From NCBI GenBank assembly GCA_964016885.1, contig OZ024742.1, positions 142,910,001-142,974,000 on the forward strand: DNA of 64,000 bases, read 5' to 3'. The notes under the pieces were generated by a model, which saw only the letters and a program-made list of their open reading frames with translations, had not been told where the DNA came from and searched no databases. The translations under genes and the position numbers were made by a program. This DNA is from Eledone cirrhosa. Lineage: Eukaryota. Shown in pieces: positions 25,005-36,046 of this stretch; the stretch's first letter is position 1, and every line of letters starts with the position of its first letter.

Positions 25005-25081
25005 ATATTGTATTTTGTCTGAGGAAGGCATAGCATATTGTTAATATGATATCCCTGAAATATATATAATGAAATAAATAT
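25005..25081 (+). ncRNA. Type I hammerhead ribozyme motif (PLE-associated)
   Basis: Stem I 5' ATATT-G-TATTTTGT; core CTGAGGA (25019-25025); stem II AGG-c-ATA-g-CATATT[GTT]AATATG-a-TAT-c-CCT; GAA then palindromic ATATATAT; cleavage-site A at 25068; stem I 3' ATGAAATA-AATAT. Confidence 0.8.
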
Positions 25082-25113
25082 GGTTTTATAAATATAGTTT
25101 CCATTTATTTAAT

Positions 25114-25162
<49 letters not shown>

Positions 25163-25178
25163 TATATATATATATATA

Positions 25179-26719
25179 TCAATGACCGAACTAGAGAAGA
25201 AATTCCAAACATGGAAGCACGGCCTAGAATCAAAAGGCCTTAAAATTAACCTGGCTAAGACTAAAGTTCTAGTTTGTAGGAAAGAAAATAAGGCGCCGGT
25301 CCCTTCCGGGAAATGGCCATGCTCAGTGTGTAGGAAAGGCGTAGGTAGAAACTCCATTTTATGTCCCAAATGCAAAGTATGGGTGCATAAAAGATGTAGT
25401 GGGATCACAGGTAAGCTAACTAAGAACATAGATTTTACATGTGGCCAGTGCTCTGGTGCAATAAGTAGCAGCAAGTGCCCACAAAATACTAGCTCTTTCA
25501 ATTGCGCAGAGGGTGCTATAGAAATAGTGGACAGCTGGGTGACAAAATCAGCAGTGGGGGGTGGGGGGTGGGTGTGCTCTGAAAGTACAGTAGCTAGAGT
25601 CAGAACTGGATGGAAAAAGTTCAGAGAGCTTATACCACTATTAGCCGCTAGAGGGTTCTCCCTAAAAATGAAAGGCAGGTTATACGATGCCTGCATACGA
25701 ACAGCAATGCTGCATGGCAGTGAGACCTGGGCATTATGTGCAGAGGATATACGCAGACTAGAGAGGAACGAAGCTTGCATGCTCCGCTGGATGTATAATA
25801 GTAATATACGTGAACGGCTAAGCATAAATGAACTAAGGAAAAAATTAGAAATAAAAGGGATCAGATGTTGTTTACTCGAGAGAAGGCTACGTTGGTACGG
25901 TCACGTGATGCGCATGAAAGACGACAGCTGTATAACAAAGTGCAGGGCAATAAAGATAGACGGTAGCCACGGAGTAGGCAGACCCAGAAAAACCTGGGAC
26001 GACATGATAAATTCCGACCTCACACGCTTACACCTCTCCAAGACAATGTCACTGGACCGAGACCTTTGGTGGTACTCAGTAATAGAGAAGACCCGCCTTA
26101 CCTAAATACAAAGTAAAACCTACTACAGTCAGTAGGCATCTCTATCAAAACACACCCCCGTCCCACCACCCCCACCTCATCCACACCGCCCCTTTCAATG
26201 TAAAGTTATGTTGGTGCCACAACATCCAGGCCGAAACAAATGAGATCGTGTAGGTGTCACGACAAAAAAAAAACACAGTCCACGCTGTAAATGTGGCCGT
26301 GTAGGCAACACGGTAAAAACCTCCCAGCCCCACACTGTAAATGTGGTTGGTGTTAGGAAGGGCATCCAGCTGTAGAAAACCCGCCAGACAGTCCACGCTG
26401 TAATGTGGCCATGTAGGCAACACAGTAAAAACCTCCCAGCCCCACACTGTAAATGTGGTTGGTGTTAGGAAGGGCATCCAGCTGTAGAAAACCCGCCAGA
26501 CAGTCCACGCTGTAATGTGGCCATGTAGGCAACACGGTAAAAACCTCCCAGCCCCACACTGTAAATGTGGTTGGTGTTAGGAAGGGCATCCAGCTGTAGA
26601 AAACCCGCCAGACGGTCCTATGCGAGCAAGACAACCACTCTTGCCTCAAGTGGGAAAACCCCCGTCCAAACCCATGCAAGCGTGGAACACGGACGCTAAA
26701 CCTTGATGATGATGATGAT
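25179..26719 (+). mobile_element. RTE-clade LINE, 5'-truncated young copy (ORF 25182-26105, 3' UTR, (GAT)n tail)
   Basis: Protein almost identical to the C-terminal part of ORF 36773-38092; three 112-bp UTR repeats; begins directly at a (TA)n tract. Confidence 0.95.
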
Positions 26720-27365
26720 ATATAATATATATATATATAGAGAGAGATAGTAAGAAATTATATATATATATGTGATGGGCTTCCACACAGTTTCTGGCAA
26801 CCAATTGTCACTTATAAGCCATTGGTCAGCCTAAACCGATAACAGATGGCACTTGTCTGAGGTTCCACACAGTGGTATTGAACCTAAAGGTATGTGGGTA
26901 TGAAATGTGTCATACAGTCATACCTGTGCCCTCCTCACCACAGCATAATCATTGTGTTACATATATTTTCCATGCTGACATGGTTTAGAGGTGTTGTCAG
27001 ATGACTGTGTCTTGCTAATACATTTCATTTTGGCATGGTTTGGTATCACCTTATCATCATTGTTTTTATGTCAAATTTTCCATGCTGGCATATGTTGGAC
27101 ACTACTTTCTGATGCCAACTCATACTTACTTTTAAGTATGGTACCTACTCCATTGATCTTCATTCTTTGAACTGATAATATGTGAGACATAAACAAATAG
27201 CATCAGTTTATTTTTTAAAGTGACGTCAATGTGAAGGCATATGGGGTGACATACACACATCATCTCATCTCATCTCATCTTCGTTTAACATCCATTTTCC
27301 ATGGGAGTTGTCCCACTTGAGGCAAGGTTGGTCGGGTGACCATGTCTCGCTCATATAGGACTATC

Positions 27366-27993
27366 TGAGTACCGCCAAAGGTCTCTGTCCAGTGACATTG
27401 TCTTGGAGAGGTGTAAGTGTGTGAGGTCGGAATTTATCAGCTCGTCCCAGGTTTTTCTGGGTCTGCCTATTCCGTGGCTACCGTCTATCTTTATTGCCCT
27501 GCACTTTGTTATACAGCTATCGTCTTTCATGCGCATCACGTGACCATACCAACGTAGCCTTCTCTCGAGTAAACAACATCTGATCCCTCTTATTTCTAAT
27601 TTTTTCCTTAGTTCGTTTATGCTTTGCCGTTCACGTATATTACTATTACACATCCAGCGGAGCATGCAAGCTTCGTTCCTCTCTAGTCTGCGTATATCCT
27701 CTGCACACAATGCTACAACATCAAGGCCGAAACAAATGAGATCGTGTAGGTGTCACGACAAAAAAACACACAGTTCACGCTGTAATGTGGCCGTGTAGGC
27801 AACATGGTAAAAACCTCCCAGCCCCACACTGTAAATGTGGTTGGTGTTAGGAAGGGCATCAGCTGTAGAAAACCCGCCAGATAGTCCTATGCGAGCAAGA
27901 TAATCACTCTTGCTCCAAGTGGGAAAACCCCCGTCCAAACCCATGCAAGTGTGGAACACGGACGTTAAACGTTGATGATGATGATGAATGATG
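27366..27993. mobile_element. RTE copy with 5' inversion (ORF end on minus 27366-27712, 3' UTR and tail on plus 27714-27993)
   Basis: Both halves match the family at 25179-26719 but in opposite orientations. Confidence 0.85.
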
Positions 27994-28412
27994 ATAGGAC
28001 TTTAGTCTTAGACAAGTTAACTTTAAGGCCTTTTGATTCTAGGCCATGCATATATATATGTTTAATATTTATTTTCCATGCTTGCATTGGTTAGATGGGC
28101 TGTTATTTTCTATGGCTAGACATGTCAGATGACTGTGTCACACTCATACATTTCATTTTGGTACATTTTCTTTGACTGGATGCCATTCCAAATGCCAATT
28201 GTACTCGAGTATGTTTTATTGTAGTGTGACATCACCAAATTTTAGACAATAAATCCCTTCTTTTCGTATCTTGTAAAAATGGTTCTGTTTTTTTTTTAAG
28301 TGTAGAAAGATCAAAAACTTAGATTTTCAAGGAGTTAAAATCTAGAAAGGCAGGTAATTTCAAGAAATAAAAATTGCACTGAGAAAAACTATATTAACAA
28401 AAGATTAGTCAC

Positions 28413-28491
28413 CTCATGAGAGTCTTTCATTGATAACAAAAGGCACACATCACATTTCTTACAATGAAAATATTTTTCTCGGCCACCAACC
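28413..28491 (-). CDS. RCHY1: RCHY1 coding exon 4, CTCHY zinc finger
   Basis: ttacAG acceptor; (R)VGGREKYFHCKKCDVCLLLSMKDSHE; GTGACT donor; 79 nt. Confidence 0.95.
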
Positions 28492-29084
28492 CTGTAAGAC
28501 AACAAAAAAGACAAAAACACTTTATTTTTAGATTTCAGATAAACTTAATGTAGATATCAACATCATCATTTTACGTATATTTTCTACGCTGGCATGGGTC
28601 AAGATTAAACATGCTTATGATTAGACATGCTCATGTGTTCCATTTTTGATATGGTTTCTATGCCTGGATACTTTTGCTCATATCAACCACTTTAGAATGT
28701 GACCTGGGTGTATTTCATCATGGCACCAGAACTACCACTTTACAAAGCATACTGGATGCATTTTATCATAGCACAAGTAATACCATTTTACAGAGTGTAC
28801 TGGGTGCATTTTAATATGGCACCACCAATGGAGAGGTTGTTATGACCTTAGCAGGAGAAAAAAGGATTTTCTCAAACCCTCCCTTGTCTCCCTTTGAGTG
28901 CCAGTCATAGCACGATAACTTCTCTACATTAAAAAACAGAATTGTTTGAAATATTCCACAAAAATCTTGTAACTGTTTCATGGACAAGATCTTCAAGTGA
29001 ATAGTTAATTTAACTTAGTGAAAGATAATAAGGCAAAGAGGAAGAATAAGAGAAATGATTTTACAAAAAGGAATTTCATCTCAC

Positions 29085-29203
29085 CGACAGAGTCCGCAAT
29101 CATCACAGTGAAATTGTTCTAAGTCATTGTTATCATAAAGTCGACACTTTTCGCAGAAGTACTTAGCAAACTTGATCTCACATTTTGAACAATGCTCACA
29201 GAC
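29085..29203 (-). CDS. RCHY1: RCHY1 coding exon 3, CHY/CTCHY zinc fingers
   Basis: tgtcAG acceptor; VCEHCSKCEIKFAKYFCEKCRLYDNNDLEQFHCDDCGLC(R); GTGAGA donor; 119 nt. Confidence 0.96.
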
Positions 29204-30055
29204 CTGACAGAAATAGTACAAACATTAAGAAAATATTAAAAACAAAGAAGCATATGTATACAACACAACAAGCATTTTAAGGCCATTTTCTCTGCTATAG
29301 CAGGGCTTAGCCTAATGGGCATCCCATTTGAAGACACAAATGTTCACCAACTCATACACACACCCTCTCTTTCTCTCTATCTCTCGAGACCATCATCACC
29401 ATTTAATGCCTATTATCCATGCTTGCATAGGTTAGATGGCTGTTACGTTCTGAGGTCAAACTGGTCAGGTGATTAGGTCTTGCTCATACACTTTGTTAGT
29501 CTGTATTCTTGATTATTTTAAAAATCAGTTGAAACACAATGTAGTTTGTTTAAAATATGACCCAAAATGGATTAATGTTTGAGTCTAGAACAACTACCAA
29601 ATACATAAAATGTTACCCAAATCCAAATCATTCAGTTTACTTTATACAGGCAAAATTAGAATTAATACACACAGAAATATATAAATAATAGTTTTGAACT
29701 GTTGGTAATTTCACCTTTAATAACAAATAATATAATCATCATCATCATCATTATTTAACGTCCATCTTCCACGCTACCATGGGTTAGGCAGGTTTGTCCC
29801 ATTTGAGGCAAGTTTGGTTGGGCGACTGTGTCTCGCTCGTATAGGACTTTTTCTGGCTGGTTTTCTACGGCTGGATGGCCTTCCTAGCACCAATCACATT
29901 TACAATGTGTGCTGGGTGCTTTGTGCCATGTCTCCTACACAATCACTTTACAGTGTGGACTGGGTGCTTTCTGTTGTGACACCTACACGATCACTTTACA
30001 GTGTGGGCTAGATGCTTTGTGGTACCAACATAATATATAAAGATATATATATATA

Positions 30056-30898
30056 TCATCATCAGTTTCAGTTTCAGTTTTACGCCGATTCTTCCATGCT
30101 AGCATAGGTTAGACAGGTTGTTCTGTTGTGGGCAATGTTAGGTTGGCTGACCTTGTCTTGCTCGTACAGGAACTGATTTTGGCTTGATTTCTACAGCTGG
30201 ATGCCCTTCCTAACACCAACCTCATTGACAGTGAGTGCTGGGTGCTTTTTTCCCATGGCGCCTACACGTCCACTTTAGTGTGGTCTGGGTGCTTTTTTAT
30301 CATGACACCACGACCACTCTGCAGGAGGAGGGTATGGGGAGCATATTGCCTATATGCTTCGGCTTATTCTCGTGGGAAGTCGGGTCTTCTGTATTACTGC
30401 GTGACGCCAGAGGTCACGGTCCTGTGTCATCGCCGTTGAGAGGTGCAATTGGGCAAGGTCCACTTTTATCACCTCGCCCCAGGTCTTCTTGGGTCTCCCC
30501 ACTCCACGGCTGCCATCAATTTTTAGTGCTCTGCACCTTTTTATGCAGCTGTCATCCTTCATACGCATCACATGTCTGTACCAACGCATCCTCCTCTCCT
30601 GCACACAGCATTTGATTCCTCTTATGCTCAGTCTCTCTCAGTTCGTTTATGCTTTGCTGTTTACGTATATTACTATTACACATCCATCGGGGCATGCAAG
30701 CTTTGTTTCTTTCTAATGTATGCAAGTCTTCTAGGCACAGCACCCAGGTCTCACTACCATGTAACATTGCTGTTCGTACGCATGCATCATACAGTCTGCT
30801 TTTCATTTTGAGGGAAAAGCCTTTTGCAGCTAGCAGTGGCAGTAGCTCCCTGAACTTTCTCCATCCCGTTCTTATCCTGGTTACTGTACTTTCAGAAT
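30056..30898 (-). mobile_element. RTE LINE 3' fragment with UTR
   Basis: RLYDACVRTAMLHGSETW and ERRMRWYRHVMRMKDDSCI...GRPKKTW, frameshifted. Confidence 0.85.
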
Positions 30899-30913
30899 AT
30901 ATTTATATATATA

Positions 30914-31060
30914 TGGAGGCACATGGCTTAGTGGTTAGAACATTGGCCTTGCAATCGAAGGGTTGTGAGTTCAATTCTCAGACCGGGTGATGTGTTGTTT
31001 CCTTGAGCAAGACACTTTATTTCACATTGCTCCAGTTTACTCAGCTGTAGAAATGAGATG
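30914..31060 (+). mobile_element. tRNA-derived SINE (second family), partial
   Basis: TGGCTTAGTGGTTAG A-box, GAGTTCAATTC B-box, then tccttgagcaagacactttatttcac; fuller copy at 56812-57145. Confidence 0.75.
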
Positions 31061-31272
31061 ATAGGGACTGGAGTCCCTATAATTCCACTCTAAAGTGGTC
31101 GTGGAGGTGCCACGGCAAAAAAGCACCCAGCACTCACTGTAGGTTGGTGTTAGGAAGGGCATCCAGCTGTAGAAATCAAGCCAGAATCAGTTCCCGTCCC
31201 AACCTTGCAAGCAGGGAAAAGCGGACGTAAAATGATGATGATGATGATGATATATATATATAGATCATGATA

Positions 31273-31455
31273 ATTGTTTCTATTTTTGGCACAAGGCCAG
31301 CAATTATCCCAGTGCATTACTGGTACTTTATTTTATCGACCCCGTAAGGATGAAAGGCAAAGTTAACCTCGGTGGGATTTGAAATCAGACGGCAAAGGGA
31401 CATAACTCTATGCTAGAAGGCATGGCGTCCGACCCTCTACCAATACTGCCAATCC
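31273..31455 (-). mobile_element. tRNA-derived SINE (same family as 5880-6060)
   Basis: Near-identical to 5880-6060. Confidence 0.85.
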
Positions 31456-31523
31456 TGATAATGAGATATATATATATACATTTGTGTGTATATATCATCA
31501 TCATCACCATATATGTATATATC

Positions 31524-31921
31524 ATCATCACCACTGTTTTACGTCTATTTTTCATGCTAGCATGGGTTAGACGAGTTGTCCTGTTGTGAGCAATGCTAGG
31601 TCTGGTGACCATGTCTTGCTCATACAGGACTGATTCTGCTTGGTTTCTACAGCTAGATGCCCTTCCTAATGCCAAACTCATTTACAGTGAGTACTGGGTC
31701 CTTTTTATTGTGACGCCTACACAACCATTTTACAGTGTGGACTGGGTGCTTCTCTAGTTCTACCATAGATTCAGCTATGAGTGTAAGATCATCCGTATAC
31801 AGAAGTTCCCATGGGCATCCGGTCTTAAACTCCTCTGTTATAGCCTGCAAAATGATAATAAACAGGAGCGGGCTAAGAATAGAGCCCTGGTGGATGCCAA
31901 CTTGTACACTAAATTCCTCAA
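31524..31921 (-). mobile_element. Internally deleted RTE fragment (RT core joined to 3' UTR)
   Basis: GIHQGSILSPLLFIIILQAITEEFKTGCPWELLYTDDL followed directly by UTR motifs. Confidence 0.8.
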
Positions 31922-32033
31922 ATATACATATATTTTCCAAGAGATGGCAACATGAATGAACTTGTTATTTTTCTCTAAAAACATTTTTTCCGATCCCACC
32001 CAGCCCATCCCTTCAATCTTTCTAATTTCTCAT

Positions 32034-32069
32034 TCTTCTGATGAAGGACTAGTGTCCGAAATGTTAAGA
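32034..32069 (+). ncRNA. Minimal type I hammerhead motif, slightly decayed
   Basis: TCTT-CTGATGA-a-GGAC[TAGT]GTCC-GAA-ATGT-T-AAGA; ATGT is one CpG transition away from the palindromic ACGT helix III. Confidence 0.6.
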
Positions 32070-33779
32070 CCCTCTTCCTGTATTTCAAGTGTTAAACTAA
32101 TATATTCCTTCCATATACTGTACCATTTGTGTCGTTATTTCTGTTTACCTTTTATATACATATATATATATATATAACCAAATGAAAAAGATATATGTAT
32201 ATCTGGCGTCACGCAGTAATACAGAGTACCCGACCTCCCATGGGTACAAGCTGAAGCATATAGACGATATGCCTCCACCCCCTCCCACTGCAAGGTGGTT
32301 GTGGAGGCGCCACGGAAGAAAGCACCCAGCACTCACTGTAAATGAGGTTGGTGTTAGGAAGGGCATCCAGCTGTAGAAATCAAGCCAAAATCAGTTCCTG
32401 TATGAGCAAGGCATGGTCAGCCGACCAGACACTGCCCACAACAGGACAACCCGTCTAACCCATGCTAGCATGGAAGAATGGACGTAAAACAGTGATGATG
32501 ATGATGATATATATATAGAGGAGCCATATATCGTAAAAGAAACACAGTATATTGTATATATATATATATAGCAAATACATGTTCTATATACATATTCTGG
32601 ATAATGTCTATTAAAAGCTTAATAGACATTATCCAGAATATGTATTTGGTATATATACAATATACTGTGTTTCTTTTACGATATATGACTCCTTCTCTCT
32701 ATATATGTACATATATCTTATTGAGAAACACAAAATTCTAAACATATTTGATATGTTTTGATTCACTATATATATACACACACACACAAATACATACCAA
32801 AAGCTATTTACTACTTCTTAGGAACCTTCTGAGCATTTGAGGGAGTAAATTTTATGAGTAGCTTTACTGTTGAATACTCCTATGCACCTGTCACATTTGA
32901 AATCTAGCTTCTCTATCAACCTATCAGTGATACCACTAAACCTTTTGTTCACACTCTATACAGTACCTACCTATTCCTTGTTTGCATACTGAGCACAGCC
33001 AACTCCCAGAAAGTAGTAGAGTTTTATCCTATTTCTTACTAAAACTTTAGTTTTTGATAGATTTACTCACACACACATGCATGCAGCTTATGTAACTAAC
33101 TGAACTATTGATATCAATACCATAGCTATTTATAAAGCCTGAAGATTTCAAAATATTTAACACTATTTTTTATTGTAAACAGATGAGTATTTCTATAAAT
33201 TCAGTGATATGTATAGTGAACTGAGAGCAAGAGAAAGGTGAGAGGAAGGAAGATAGAAATATTGGTGTGAGGGGGGAGGGGGGATTAAACTAGACATGGG
33301 AGTTAATATATTGAAATGAGTTATAATAATTAGGATAGTTTAAATATGAAATATATACTTTAATAACAAGATGAGTGCCATATATCAGTCATAAGAAAAA
33401 AAAAAGAAAATTAAGTAGGTTAAAGACGATTTGCTACACTGCATCTGATTAGATATAAAATCAGCAATTCAGATATAATGACAATGAGTGCATAACATAA
33501 AGAAAAGGCAATCCTCTGAAACACCTAAGTATGAAAGTTAGCGAGGTGATTAATTTTGTTGTAAGTTTAGCTGGCAGCCTATGAGGCACATCAAATTACT
33601 AAAGAAGGTTTTTAGATGAACATAAATGCTTTAAACAGTTATGTATTGTAGAACTAGTACCAGTTCAATATCATAAAGGTTATCATCATTATAACAACCA
33701 TCACCATCTGTTGAACCACAGAGCTACAGGATATCAATATCGCCAGCTACCAAGCAGAGTCAATGTGAAGATACACATT

Positions 33780-34290
33780 TTCCTCCTGGAAACTGTTCAG
33801 AGACGTGCAACCAAGCGAATACCCTCCATCAGACACCTACCATACTCTGAACGCCTTGCTTCCCTGGCAATGGACTTGGTAAACACCCACAAAGTTATTA
33901 ACCATCTCGCTAACAACAACTCTGAGTACCTCTTTGATCTCCATGTGTCTAACACACGTGGACATGCTTACAACATCAGAAAACAGCACAGTTCCCATGA
34001 CTTTCGGAAACATTTTTTGACGCTCAGAGTTGCTGAAGCATGGAACAAACTACCTGCGTCAGTTGTTGGCTGCCGAGACACTGCATCCTTTAAAACCCTC
34101 GTGCTTCCCGAAATTCGCCCAAACTACACCTGATGTACCCCTTCCATACATATGCACACGTGTATATCATGACTCGTGCACTGTTCATTTTCCTGACGTT
34201 TGTACATTACCCTATGTACTATACATACACTTTTAGATGAGTTGTAGTGCACCTGAGCACTGTACACAATATTTCATTATTATTATTATT
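33780..34290 (+). mobile_element. CR1/L2-like LINE 3' fragment
   Basis: LLETVQRRATKRIPSIRHLPYSERLASL...NTRGHAY...RKHFLTLRVAEAWNKLP; (ATT)n tail. Confidence 0.85.
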
Positions 34291-34544
34291 TCAATCAAAA
34301 GTAGTTGTCAGCCTGAGGTTATAATAGAAGATACATAGCCAAGGTGCCAGAGAATGGGATCAAACCACACTGTTATGCCTGTGTCATCATATTAATATAC
34401 TTGCTTTAAACGTTGTTGGTAAACTGACACAGATGCGCACAAACACACACACTCATATATATATATACATATACACACACACACGCATATATATAATATA
34501 TTTTACATCTGATTCAGCTACACCTAGCTTCCTAAGTACCCAGC

Positions 34545-35210
34545 CGAGCATGGGACTTGGTCAAAGGCCTTCTCCATATCTACGAAAGCCAGATACAGTG
34601 GCTTACTCTTAGATTATTATCTTTTCTGCAGTTGTCTCACTATAAAGAGTGCATCAATAGTACTCCTGCCAGGCGTCTCCTTTGCGCTTGTAGAAATTTA
34701 CAATGATACTGCTACACCAGGGATTGTGTATGACCTCCTCTTGTACTACTTTTAGCATCTCAGTAACTATACCAGATGCACCAGCTGCCTTCCCTGCCTT
34801 CATATCCTTAATTTAATTGCTTTATCTATCACACTGCAATCAACTTTTATGGCAAGTCCCTCAGTTGGATCAACATGAGGTAGGCCCATGCTGTCCCATT
34901 TATTCTCTTCATTCTCTTCCTTCTTTTCAACAACAGACAGGGCAAGTGCTTCACTATCATTTTGTATGCACTTTTCCCCAATCACATCACAACTTTCTCT
35001 AGTACACCGTCTCGCAATCCAAAATACTTCAAGCCTCTGATTTTCATGGAGCAGAACATGAGCAATTTTTTTTCTTTTCTGCCTCTGCCCTTGCTAGGTA
35101 TACTTGGTGCCTGGTTTCATAGCTATTTAGTATTTCTCCCTGTCTCCCCCCTCTCCTCCAGGCTTGTCTTTTTGCTTTTATGGCTCTACGTACCTTACTA
35201 TTCACACCAT
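34545..35210 (-). mobile_element. Degenerate RTE fragment
   Basis: IGEKCIQND..., LPHVDPTEG and YLAFVDMEKAFD remnants homologous to 37970-38830. Confidence 0.75.
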
Positions 35211-35712
35211 GTGTATATATATATATATATATATATACACATACATATCACCGTTTCACATCAATTTTTCCACGCTAGAACGGGTTAGACGAGTTGTCCT
35301 GTCATGAGACAAGCCACATCAAATGACTGTCTTTTTCATATAGAACTAATTTTGGCTTGGTTTCTACAGCTGGATGCCCTTCCTAATGCCAACCTCATTT
35401 ACAGTGAGTACTGGGTGCTTTTTGTTGTGTCACCAACACGACTACTTTACAGTGTGGACTGGGTGCTTTTGCCATGCCACCATCACAACCACTTTACAGT
35501 GTGGGCTGGCAGCTTCACTGGACGTATACTTTGTACTGCCCTTGTGGGAGATGTATGGGAAGATGGGGTGGGGCATACTGTATATATGCTTCAGTTTCGG
35601 CCTGTATCCATGAGAAGTCGGGTCTTCTGTATTATATATTTATATATATCATCATCATCATCACCACCATGACATATGTTAGCGTGGAAAAATGGACGTC
35701 AAACAGCGATGA

Positions 35713-35755
<43 letters not shown>

Positions 35756-36046
35756 AATAAAGGAAGGTCTGCGGGATTGCGTACGGTTTATTTTTTTTTA
35801 TCCTGTTTGTAAAATAATTTGGATTACTTTGAATAAATAATGAATGAATATTACATAATTTATCTACTCAATTTCGTAAACAAAAATAATTTAAAATTGA
35901 CTTCTTTTCAAAGTTGCACTTCAGGTATATCGTCGCCACCACATCATCATCATCATCATCAACGTTTAACGTCCATGTTCCACGCTTGCATGGGTTTGGA
36001 CGGGAGTTTTCCCACTTGAGGCAAGAGTGGTTGTCTTGCTCGCATA

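Larger units (their letters stand above)
21849..25119 (-). mobile_element. Penelope-like element (PLE), 5'-truncated, with inverted pseudo-LTR (fold-back structure)
   Basis: Arms 21935-23079 and 23974-25119 are inverted copies; one-sided tail 21849-21934; the spacer carries a GIY-YIG endonuclease frame; hammerhead motif in each arm; flanked by (TA)n on both sides. Confidence 0.9.

Noticed and set aside
22021-25033. Phe/Ser/Leu-rich membrane-like ORFs repeated in the palindrome arms (also 57979-59744)
   Set aside because: They derive from CT-rich low-complexity sequence and differ by frameshifting indels between copies.
21935-25119. DNA transposon or Polinton with long TIRs
   Set aside because: Asymmetric tail, no transposase, the endonuclease frame is cut at the arm boundary, and hammerhead motifs point to a PLE.
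30914-30990. tRNA gene (also 56812-56885 and 62196-62290)
   Set aside because: A and B boxes are present but there is no full cloverleaf, and each continues into a shared repeat body; these are SINE heads.
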